64,000 nucleotides of DNA. Origin: Mobula hypostoma. Lineage: Eukaryota. Positions 48,791 to 60,305 of this stretch are shown one piece after another; position 1 is the first letter of the stretch, and each line of letters starts with the position of its first letter. Under the pieces are notes generated by a model, which worked only from the letters and a program-made list of their open reading frames with translations, was not told the origin of the DNA and searched no databases. Both the position numbers and the translations under genes were made by a program. Location of the stretch: the NCBI RefSeq assembly GCF_963921235.1, contig NC_086097.1, positions 75,518,001-75,582,000 on the forward strand. The letters are read 5' to 3'.

Positions 48791-49471
48791 ATCTTATCCC
48801 TGGAGCAGGATAAGGCCATAAGACATAGGAGCAGAATTAGGCCATTCTTCCCATTGAATTTTCTCTGCCATTCCATAATGGCTGATACATTATCCCTCTC
48901 AACTCAATTCCTGCTCCTAGAAAAGAAGATTTATTTCTACTTTTGTCTGGAGTGCTACAGTTTATGAAGATGATTAAGAGACATGTAAATCTTCAGGTAA
49001 GCATGACAGCAGGTATATTTCATTAGGACTTTGAGGAGATTTGGTATGTCACCGAAGACACTCACTAATTTCTACAGATGTACCATGAAGAGCAGTCTAA
49101 CTGGTTGCATCACCGTCTGGTATGGTGGGGGTGAGGGGCTACTGCACAGGATTCAAATAAGCTGCAGAGAGTTGTAAACTTAGTCAGTTCCAACAGGGGC
49201 ACTAGCCTCCATAATCTCCAGGGCATATTCAAGGAGCAATGCCTCAAAATGGTGGCATCCATCATTAAAGACCCCTATTACCCAGGACATGCCCTGTTCT
49301 CATTGCTACCATCAGGAAGGAGGTACAGGAACCTGAAGCGCACACTCAGTAATTCAGGAACAGCTTCTTCCTCTCTGGCATCCAATTCTTAATGGACGTT
49401 GAACCCATGAACACCATCTCACCACTTTATTTTATATTTTTATTTTTGCACTACTACTTTTTTTATTTTTG

Positions 49472-50113
49472 CAGAATCCTATCTGCAGACTGAAAATAAA
49501 TGGGGAAGACATAAAACAAGTACAGAACTTTTGCTACTTAGGAAGCTGGGTGACATCAGATGGCAGGTGTGACATGGACATCAAAAGAAGAATAGGGATG
49601 GCAAAAGACACCTTTACAAGAATGAAGAGTATACTGACCAATACTAAACTAGGCATGACAACCCACCTCAGAGTACTGAAATGTTACGTTCATCCAGTTA
49701 TGTTATGTGGATCAGAATGTTGGACAATATCTAGTAACATGAGGAAATGAATTGAAGCAGCAGAGATGTGGTTTTGAGGAGGATGCAAAGAATATCATGG
49801 ACAAAACGAATATCTAACGAGGATGCCATGAACAGAGCAAGCACAAAGAGAGAAATAATGTATGAGATCATGAAAAGGCAGCGTAACTTCATTGGACATG
49901 TGATTAGGAAAGAGGAGTTAGAATGCACAGTAATTATGGGAAAGATTGAAGGGAAGAAAGCAAAAGGAAAGCAAAGACAAACGATGATGAAGACAGCAGC
50001 CAGAGAACTGGAAATTAATACCAATGAATTGATCCACTTGACCCGAAACAGGAGTGTGTGAGCCTTGGCAGTCAAAGCTCAAACTGGGCATGGCACCTGA
50101 TGATGATGATGAT
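49472..50113 (+). mobile_element. RTE-clade LINE 3' end
   Basis: QVQNFCYLGSWVTSDG..IKRRIGMAK..FIGHVIRKEELEC..GKIEGKKAKGKQR, with a (tga)n tail. Confidence 0.92.
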
Positions 50114-50125
50114 TATTTAATTAAG

Positions 50126-50128
<3 letters not shown>

Positions 50129-50176
<48 letters not shown>
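50129..50176. repeat. Compound (AT)n(AC)n microsatellite
   Basis: Directly visible. Confidence 0.95.
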
Positions 50177-51674
50177 CTATATATGCTTACCCGTAATTCA
50201 TAGTTTTTTTCTCTATTATTATGTATTGCATTATACTGCTGCTACAAAGTCAACACATTTCACCACATGTGCCAGTGATGTTAAACCTGAGTCTGAGTTA
50301 GAGGCAGGATTTCTATTTTTTGCTGTCAACACACTTTAACATATAGCCAACTACCGAAGGAGGGTTTGCTGGAGGGCATTGCCAGGGTCATTGCATCCAA
50401 ATGATATCTTGTTTGCATGAGCTCTGAGAAAGGAACACTTGCAAAATGTGAAACAGTCTGGAAAAGGCAGTTTACATTTAAAGATAGGTAAATGTATTTT
50501 TTGGCAAATGGAGTGTAATACATAGGATGCCACATGGGCATAAAAGGACTACAGCTGATTCAAGAGAAGATGAAAGACATTAACATTTCTCCTGTAATAG
50601 TGTAACTGATCTGAAGGCATTTCTGAGAATTACTGAATTATTGTAATAAATGCTGAACAAATCTAACAATTTTTATCAATTGCTGTGAATGGATGTGTCA
50701 TGGAGCTAAACTAATGTTCAAGACAAGGCTTTTGTACATCTCAAAGAATTGCAGCAGATTGTTGATATGCTGGTCCACTTCTAAACAAACAAAAGGCTAA
50801 TCTTGTAATTCACTACCATATGCTGTTGTTCTGTAAGTATAGGGTAATTCTGAACAATCATTAGCTGCCAGAATGCTGACAGTGGCAGAGAGAAAGATGC
50901 TCTTGGCTGGGTGAAGAAAATTTCACCATCATATTTGGATTACAACAATTCCATGAGTACATTTATGGATGACACTTTATCATCAGGATTAACCACAAAT
51001 CCCTGATTCCTCTGTTCTATGAACTTAAACCCGTGTCTCAAGTAGTTTTCCATAAGTTTGCAGGTGGGTTTTGAATGTAAAAGCATCTGAATATACGATT
51101 GCTTCCACTTCCTTCTGGTTCCAAAGTCAAATACTGAGGAAGGAGTACAGGTTGAGGTGTTGATGATGGATCACCTGAACACCATGCATGCAATTCTGAT
51201 AGTGGAATGTAAAAGGACCTACACTACTTTCTGAGAAAGGAGATCACCAATGTATCGGAATGATTTTTGTTACATAATATGGCGTTAATATAATAATGTA
51301 TATGATTTTGGCATTTATATATTTTTTATTCTCCTCGAATCCTATAGGGATCATGGTGCTGCTGGGGTTTCCCTTGTTTTGTAATATATATAAATTATAC
51401 ATTCCGTAGTTTCTTGTTCATTGATCCTATTTACAGCTGCTGTTATATAAATTTGCTAAGTATGCCTGTAGGAAAAAAAAGATCTCGGAGTTGTATGTTG
51501 AGACATGTATGTACTCTGATAATAAATTTTACTCTGAACTTGAGCTTTGATACTGATCATTGGTTTATGCCATTTGGATTTATTTCTGTAAGGGCTATGT
51601 TTGCAAACATGTGCTATCAACAGAAGAAATTGAGTATACTTCATGAAGGATGAAGATCAGCCTATACCTTTTTC

Positions 51675-52365
51675 ATATAGAAACGTAGAGCAATACAGAA
51701 CCTGCAGCTTGATTAGTCCCTGCCGACCCCAGTGCACACCAGGCTAGTCCCAATTTTCTGCATTTGACCCACATCCCTCTAAACCAGGGGTAGGCAACCT
51801 TAAGCACAAATGATTTTCTAGCATGCGTTATTCATTAATTCGAGGCAAAACATAACTAGATGTACTTAAATGGATAATTCCCATATTTCAAGTTCTTTAT
51901 GGCATTTATCTGGCCCACCATCCGCTCATTAATACGTGATCCAGCGCACAGAAGCAAAAAGGTTACCGACCCCTGCTCTCTCCATGTACCAAATGCTTCT
52001 TAATATATTTTAACTGCCTCAACTACCTCTTTTGGCATCTCATTCTACATACTCACCACCCTTTACATGAAAAAGTGGTCCCTCTGGGTGATTTAAAATG
52101 TTTCCCCTCTCACCTTAAACCTATGCCCCTTCATTTTGGACTTCCGATCTGGGGGGCAAAGACTGTTACTGGCCACCTTATCTATGTCTCTCATAATTTC
52201 AAACATTCCCATAATGTCGCTCCATGTTCTCCTACATTCCAAGAAGTAAAGACCTAGCCTCACCAACCTCTCTCCCAACAACTGAAACCCCATGGTCCTT
52301 GTAAATATTTTCTGCACTCATTCCAGTTTAACCATGTCTTTTCTATATTAGGATGACCAAAACTA
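51675..52365 (-). mobile_element. CR1 3' end (with a nested MITE)
   Basis: Minus ORF RLVRLGLYFLECRRTWSDI..GHRFKVRGETF. Confidence 0.8.
51785..51975. mobile_element. hAT-Charlie-type MITE (191 bp)
   Basis: TIRs caggggtaggcaacct / aggttaccgacccctg. Only ctct of the TSD is retained on the right. Confidence 0.8.
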
Positions 52366-52599
52366 CATGGAGCTTAGAAAAGTAGAGGGCTATGGGCAAG
52401 TAAAATAAAGTAAAGTAAAGTAATTTCTGAGGTAGGGACATGTTTGGCACAACTTTGTGGGCCGAAGGGTCTGTATTGTGCTGTAGGTTGTCTATGTTTC
52501 TATGTTCCTATGTTAATACCCCAAAATTAGCTCTGCTCTGGTTGAGGACCCTAACTTGTGGACCTTTCCTATACTTTTTCAATTCACTTTACCTTCCAA

Positions 52600-54310
52600 A
52601 AGGAACTTAATTTGTACAGTGGTAAGGACAACTTCACAGAATTTAAGATACACAGTACCACACTACATATAGTTAAACATGATAGAAAATACTCACAATA
52701 GATAATAGATACTAAAAATTAATGCATGTGGTTTAAAATACAAATACACATAATAAAACTGACTGTTTTTACTGTCAAAGGTGCTATGCACAGTCTATAT
52801 TCAAAACTGGGTGTTGAGGAGGCAAATGGAGGAAGGCACAAAACCGGATAAGGCTCTTCTGGTGCTGATGGGCAGGGACCTGTAGCGGTACCCAGATGGC
52901 ATGAAAGTGCAGTATGTGTGAAGTGTTTGTACAATGTCCTTTTTGTTTGTAGAGCCTTCTTTATTGTTTGTCTCTTATGGCTGCTGCTGAGTGATTCTTG
53001 TTCCTGGCCAATGATTTCCCGACTTATTCTGACAATTCTGTTGAGTGGGCTGAGCTTGATAGTGCTCATTTCTCTGAACCATGCCGTGATGATGTAGGTT
53101 AATATTGATTCAATGAAAGGTTTATAAAATGTCTGTTGAATCAATGGCTAGACCTGAAGTTTCCGCATCTTCCTAAGGAAGAATTGCCATTGTTGGCACT
53201 TGGAGAGTATCAACCCACTATTCATCTTAAAGGTGATTTTGTTATCTATCGTTGTGTCAAGGTACTTGTATTCTCCAACACTCTAGCGACTGGCCACTTA
53301 TATCCAGGGTTGGGACAGTGCACTATTGTTTTCTAAAGTCCACTACCATTTCCATAGTTTTACTGGGGTTCAGGTCCAGATAGTTGTTTGTGCACCATCC
53401 AGCAAATTAATTGATTTCCTCATTGATGCAGTCATCAGAGATGGTAGTGTCAATGATGACTGTGCCATCTGAGTACTTGATGCCTGGGTGTGAGCTTCTG
53501 CCATCATCTGTGTACAGTCTGAACAAGACTGGTGAGATAATCAAACCCTGTGGTGCTCCAGTTGACATTTGCCTTTTGGCGCTCATATAACCGTCATAAC
53601 TCAATTTTTGATATCAGTGTGTGAGGAAGGAGGGGATGAGGAGTATGAAGTGAGGGTTTACATTCACTTGCTGGAGATTGTGTCCCACGAGATGGGGTTG
53701 TATGGTGTTAAATGCACTGGACAAGTCCACAAACAACACTCTAACAAATGAACCAGGCTTCTCCAAGTGTGTGCAGTAATGTCCGTACTGCATCATCCAC
53801 ATGCTTTTCGGCCTGTAGGCAAACTGGAGTGAGTCAGTGAGCTCACTTACCATAACCTGTAGCTGTGGTAGGAGGGGCGATGTTAGGCTTACAGGACGGT
53901 AGTCATTATTGCAGGTGGGATTGCTCTTCTTGGGAATTGGGCATATGATGGTAGTTTTCCAAATGGTTGCTATGGAATGGTCAGACAGAGAGCAATTGAA
54001 GAGATGACAGAAAACCTCCATCAACTGTCTACAGTGGTCTCAGTAGCCATCCACTGGTGTTGTCTGGGCCTGGTGCTTTACTGCGGTTTGTTCTCTTGAG
54101 CACTCTCTCCACCTCTCTCAGATGAAACTCTATTTTGCTGCTACTTAGTACATCTGATAGAAGAATAGTAGTCAGGCTGTTCCGTCCTTCTGCAAACTCT
54201 ACACATTCCTCCCTACTCTGTAGGATGGAGGCTGGTGATTACAGAGGCCGGCCATTGGTTTGACACCTTTCCAGGCACTTCCAGCATTGCCCTCTTGGAA
54301 GAGCTTTTCC
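52600..54310 (-). mobile_element. Rex1/Babar LINE RT region (second family, decayed)
   Basis: NDYRPVSLTS, LQFAYRP, VRVLFVDLSSAFNTIQPH, GAPQGLIISPVLFRLYTDD. Confidence 0.9.
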
Positions 54311-54319
54311 ACTTTCTCT

Positions 54320-54830
54320 TTATAGACCATCACTATGTTAAAACTAATAGGATTATGGTCCATATTGCACAGCAAATCTCCCTGCAAGGACAGTTGTCCC
54401 TTGCTGGTTCAAGTCAACAAGTCCCTATTGTACAGGTTGCCCAACTCGAGAAGAGATCCCAATGGTCAATGAACCAGAATCCCTGCCTCCTGCACCAGCT
54501 CCTCAGCCACAGATTCATGTGGTCTATCATTTTATTTCTGAACTAGCACACGGCACTAAGAGTAATCCATTGATCACTACCATGGAGGCTCTTACCTAAC
54601 TGACTATGGTCATCCTGCAGGACCTCATCCTTTGTTCTACTTAGGTTGCTCGTACTAACATGTACAATGACCTCCAACTGTTCACACTCCCCCTCGAGAA
54701 TTTTCTGCAGCTGCTCAGATCTGGCACCCAGGAGGCAACATACTATCCGGGTGTCTCTTCTGCAGCTACAGTATCTCCAGTCCGTCCCCCACACTATCAA
54801 GACTCCTGTCTCTGTCCCCCGTCTGACTGC
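54320..54830 (-). mobile_element. CR1 ORF1 esterase fragment
   Basis: IVCCLLGAR..ILEGECEQLEVIVHVSTSNL. Confidence 0.75.
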
Positions 54831-56679
54831 ACTCTTTCCTCTGAGCCTCAGAGTCCGTATATTCTTAAAATATAAAAGTACTTGAGAAAGAGGATTCCAC
54901 ATTAAACTGAAATCACAAGGAGTAAAATGAGACAGTATTTTGTTAGCAGAGACTTTGAGTCCAGTGCAAAATGGATTACACCTGCCCATTTCTGATTGCT
55001 GATGATGGATCTGAACTATGAGGAACTGAGAGCTTTGGAGTATGGAATCAGAACTAACTGAATGCTACTAACCTCATCCCCTCCCCTTAGCTGTTTAGCA
55101 TAGTCTGTTTGACTTTATTCGGATTAACAAATCTGAATTGTTAATTAAATTAGGAACATCAAGGACCTCTTTACCCATTCCTATTTCACTGCAGTCACTT
55201 CTACTCCCAGAATTAGTCATTAACATCTCTCAGCCAAGTAGTTTCAAACATTCCTCTTTTGCCTTGAATCCCCTTTGCTTTCAATCTCTGCAGCAGCCTT
55301 TGACTGAAAGGATTTTTGAAATCCAAGGTTGCATGTTATGTAACTTTCTACCGATCTTACAGCACTGTACGCTTTCATGTTTGTGGTGGGAGTGGATGCA
55401 GAAATTATAATTGGTTTTAGCATTAGAATACAACTCAAAACCATAAATGAAAGACTTCACAATGTTTGTAAATGCCGAAAAGAGAAAACGTAACACCTTC
55501 ATGCTGACTGCGCATGGAAGGTTTCTTTAACAAAGTTCTGAGTTCTATATTAAGTAGCCAAGCCCCAGAAATTTGTTTGAAAGAAATGTCAGGGAAATAG
55601 TACATCTCAGTCATCCTGTTGCATATGTAACTGCATCTTTTCAACCCCTGATTAATGAAGACAGTTTTACAGCTGTATATAATAAAGTCATTTTCAGGCT
55701 GCCAATATTGTTCCACGTGTCTCCTAAAACATGGTACAAAGCAGCAGTATTCAGACTAAAGATTCATTTTGATTCTGTTCTCATATGCCCATGTTGTATC
55801 TGCGGGGCCTGCAAAATGTAATTGCTGCAGCACCAGGAACAAAGACACTATTCAGTATAGAGAACAGCTTCCCCTCTGCACTATTCTGACCACAGTAGTC
55901 TGGTGCTACATGTTATCTGATCCACATAGATTCACTGTCACAAAGAATTTGGCTTCATCATTACCTGCAGTCTGTCCTGCTTAAAAAGTATTGTTAGGAT
56001 AAAGAATTCAGACGGTTGACTATCTGTTTCCTTTGACTCTTGAGGGTAACGTGTATAGAAGTGACACTGTTATCTGGAAGACAACATTTAGTACTCTGCT
56101 GTTAAGCACCCTCCCCCAATCTTTGTCAATGGTACGTGCCAGACTTGCAGAAGTTGTATGAAGACATTGTTTCTCATCTGGCTAATTTAAAAATCCTATC
56201 GCAAGGGTCATTTCCTGACTTTTGTGGGACTTTTGTGCAGCGCCCACAAGATTCCTGTAACCTTGAATGACTTTGTACAGGACATAACAGCATTTTCACA
56301 TCTTACAAACTTAATCCAGCCTTTTATTGAAAATGAGACAGTAGATCGAAGTGCACAACTGTAGTGTACATTTCCTTTTAATAAGCATATTGGAATGTAA
56401 TTAAATGAGTCTAATACATGTCATTTCATGCTTGGTGTTTGAATGTGAATCTGCATTATAGCTTTGCAAACCATTTTAAATATCTGTTTTGAGTCTTGAA
56501 TCTTTCAAGAACATAGCACAGAATTTTAAGAATATAAACAAATGCAGTCCACATAATGCTCTACCACTCAGTATGACCAGGATGGGCCCTATAGCTTTCG
56601 CCTAATTTCCTGCCTGTTCCATGTATTTCCAGATCCCCTTAAGGTCTGGGTGTCTGTCACCGTGAGGTTTCAGGATAGT

Positions 56680-59066
56680 CCCTAGATGCTGAAAAAACCT
56701 TTGACAGGGTCGAATGGCCTTACTTATTTAAGGCGCTTGAAATGTTTAACTTCAGCCCGAAATTTATATCCTGGATCAAATTGTTATATCATTCTCCTAT
56801 GGCCTCAGTTCGTACTAACTGTTTAAATTCACCTTTTTTTCCTCTTTTTCGAGGTACCAGACAAGGTTGTCCTCTTAGTCCTTTATTATCTGATATTGCA
56901 TTAGAACCTCCTGCAATTGCTATTTGAGAATCTCCTAATATTATTGGTATAACTTGTGGTTTAAAGTCTCATAAAGTATCACTTTATGCTGATGACTTAC
57001 TTTTATATATTTCTAATCCTCTAAAATCTATTCCTGCAGCTTTAGATTTATTAGCACAATTTAGTCTTTTTTCAGGTTATAAGTTAAATCTCAATAAGAG
57101 TGAACTTTTCCCGATTAATAAGCAAGTTCCCTTATATCTGAACCTCCTGTTTAAATTGGTTAATAATCATTTTTCATATCTTGGGATTAAAATTACCTGT
57201 AAACATAAGGATTTATTTAAGACTAATTTCCTACCGTTAATTGACCACATTACACAACTTTCATTTAAATGGTCTCCATTTTATTTAACTTTGATTGGTC
57301 CTGTTAATGCTGTTAAGATATTTATTCTGCCAAAATTTTTATATATATTTCAGGCATTACCGATTTTTGTTCCAAAATCCTTTATTGACAAAGTTGACTC
57401 TAAAATTTCTTCATTTATTTGGCAAAATAAAAACCCGAGACTGGGTAGAATACATCTACAGAAAGCTAAGAGAGGTGGAGGTTTGGCATTACCTAAGTTT
57501 AGATTCTATTATTGGGCAATTAATATTCGACACATGAAATTTTGGTTACTTGACCAAGATACACTATCCATTCCTAAATGGGTAGTATTGGAATTACAAT
57601 CTGCTCAAGGTTACGCACTTGGCTCCATTTTAGGTTCTTCTCTTCCTTTCGATTTGAAACGCCATAAACAGGTTTGTAACCCAATAGTTAAACATACCGT
57701 ACGCATTTGGTTTCAACTCCGAAAATTTTTCAATCTTAATCAATTTGGGCTAGCGATTCCTATTTTAGGCAACATATTCTTTCCCCCCTCTTCTGCTGAC
57801 CGTGCCTTTCAAATTTGGAAGACCAGTGGTATATCACGGTTTTTGGATTTATTTTTAGATGGCTCCCTGATGTCTTTTGAACAATTATCTAACAAATATA
57901 ACTTACCAAGAATACATTTTTTTAGATATCTCCAAGTTAGAAATTTCCGAAGTACCATACTTTCTTCCTTTCCGGCGTTACCCCCTACATATATTTTAGA
58001 TACTATAATTAACCTTAACCCATGTCGGAAAGGTGTAATGGCTACTATTTATAATACTATTATGAAACTTAGGATAGCTCCATTCAATAAGATTAGGTCA
58101 GATTGGGAAAAGGAATTGGGCTTCACTATTTTGGCGGATGACTGGGTGCAAATTTTACAACTAGTCAATACTTCCTCTATCTGTTCCAAACATTCCCTAA
58201 TTCAATTTAAAGTTGTTCATAGAGCATATGTGTCTGAAAATAAATTAGCTCATTTTTATTCTCATATTAACCCTCTTTGTGACAGATGTCATGGGGAGAT
58301 AGCTTCCTTAACTCATATGTTTTGGTCCTGTCCTACTTTGGAAACTTTTTGGAAAGACATTTTTAATATTATCTCAAAGGTATTGAATACAGATATTTCT
58401 CCCCATCCTATTACTGCTATCTTTGGATTACCTAAAACTTCCAGCAATCTTTCCCCTTCAGCCCATAGAATGATTACGTTTCTTACTTTAATGGTGAAAA
58501 GACGTATTTTACAACATTGGAAGGAGATTAATGCCCCAACTACATTTTTTTTTGTTTTCTCAGACGATACTAAGTTTAAATTTGGAAAAAATCAGAAGTA
58601 ATCTTTATGACACTTCAGTTAAATTTGAACAGACCTGGAGATCTTTTATTCAACATAACTTATTATTTAATATAACTTTTTTTTTCTCTTTGACCGTATT
58701 TACATTCCCTTCTTGGTTTTTAACTGTTTTTAATGGAGGTCGGGTTTGAGGACGTGATTGTTTTAAGTTGTTTAACTCTACTTGATACCTAGTTAGCCCA
58801 TTGCTCTGCTTTGCTTTTTAGGTTAGTTGCACGGTGGGTTTTTTTTAGGGTCTTTTTTTGGGCGTTTTCTTCTCTTTATTGATATATATGGAAAATTAGT
58901 ATACTATTATATTGCCTCGTTATTTTATAACTAAACTGCCCTGTTTGTACTACTTTTTTTTGTCTATTAATATCTCTTGTAAATTTATATTGCAACAGTG
59001 TATTAGTTTCTACATGTTTTACCTTTTGTGTACTAATTCAATAAAAAGATTTAAAAAGAAAGAAAG
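56680..59066 (+). mobile_element. L1-clade LINE, 5'-truncated
   Basis: [32 protein letters not shown]-rich 3'UTR, aataaa and an A-rich tail. 8-bp TSD aggatagt (56672-56679, 59067-59074). Confidence 0.93.
57156..58601 (+). pseudogene. L1 ORF2 C-terminal half (481-aa open frame)
   Basis: FSYLGI, ILPKFLYIFQALP, GGLALP, and the CCHC motif CDRCHGEIASLTHMFWSCP. Confidence 0.9.
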
Positions 59067-59779
59067 AGGATAGTTAGTGACCAAGTATCTACAGCCCTCT
59101 ACATAAATAAATTACTCTGCATCTTAGTCCTAAATAGCAAAATAATTATTCAGAGACCCAGGCTCCAACTGCAGATTCTCCAAATGGCTCTCTGCGCCTT
59201 CCTGTGCCTTTCTTTCAGAAGCATGTGCCTCAAATCTATTGTACGCTAGAAATATATTTGCACATCTGGCTCATGAGTCAATTGCAGATTTTACATGATT
59301 TGCTTCCTTGCCACTGACTCAACTTGCAAATTAGCCTTTCGGGAATCCGCACAAGGACTCCAAGTCCCTTTGCATCTCATTTTTTTAAAATTTTCTATTC
59401 GTTTAGCAAATAGTCTCACTTTTGTTCCTTCTACCAAAACGCATGAATATATACTTCTGGACACTGCATTCCACCTACCACTTCTTTGCCCATTCTCCTA
59501 ATCCGTCTACGACCATTTGCAACTTCCCTGCTTTAGCAATACTATCTGCCCCTCCACCTATCTTTGTATTGTTCACAGACTTGCCTCAAAACCATCAATT
59601 CTGTCATCCAAATCATTGACATATAACGTAAAAAGAAACAGTCCCAACACCAGATGCTGCCAAATGCTACTGTTCACCAGCAGCCAACCTGAAAAGGGTC
59701 CCTTTATTCCCACTCTTTGCCTCCTGCCAATCAGCCAATCCTCTATCCCTGCTAGTATCTTTCCTGGAAATAATTCAGA

Positions 59780-60305
59780 AAATGCACAGCTCAGCTGGAT
59801 GGTGGTTGGGTTGAGCTGTTCTCCGATCTTGGCAATTCATTTGTAAATGTTTCATCACCATGTGTGGAGATATCATCAGTGCACCGTTAAATAGTGACAT
59901 GTCCTTCGAGTGGCTGGCTTTTATATGCTTATCAATCAGCTGATTGGTCACAAATTCTGTTGTGATGTAGGGAGGAAATCTCATCACTGATTAGTTGCAT
60001 GGCAAACTCCACGCATTGTGTTCTGGAATTTTGCCTGCATTGGCTCATAAATGGGATCAAGGTCTACATATCAGTTTGCAGAGTTGTTTGCGGAAAACCA
60101 TGCTTCTAGGAAATCTCTTGCATGCCACGTGTTTGCTCGCGCCAGTCGAGTTTGTGCACCCCTCAATCTGCATGTGTAGAGACTAGGGAAATTTGGTCAT
60201 GCCACTTTACAGCCAAATGATGTTCATGGATCCTTGTGGATAGTTTTCTCCCAGTATGGCCAAAGTAACATTTGTTGCAGTCCCTGCATTGGATTTGTAG
60301 ACCAC
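59780..60305 (-). mobile_element. Penelope-like element, second family (GIY-YIG plus 3' UTR)
   Basis: Minus translation VVYK/IQCRDCNKCYFGHTGRKLSTRIHEHHLAVK..DFLEAWFS..VDLDPIYEPM. Confidence 0.85.
59843..59883 (-). ncRNA. Degenerate minimal hammerhead motif of the second Penelope family
   Basis: Minus strand gca-CTGATGA-tatctccacacatggtgat-GAAA-C att tac. Confidence 0.55.

Larger units (their letters stand above)
49030..50295 (+). mobile_element. Rex1/Babar 3' end split by an RTE insertion
   Basis: FYRCTMKSSLTGCITVWYG..PGHALFSLLPSGRRYR. Tail ..gccagtgatgttaaacctgagtctgag. Confidence 0.85.
46250..51240 (+). mobile_element. Ancient Gypsy gag-pol relic fragmented by later insertions
   Basis: gag SVAENVANLKKL..DNLMCGIINDQIQ (about 46440-46570), pre-RT SIRICADHKLVVN (about 47605-47645), RT/RNase H relics at 50420-51110, all collinear. 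Confidence 0.65.
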
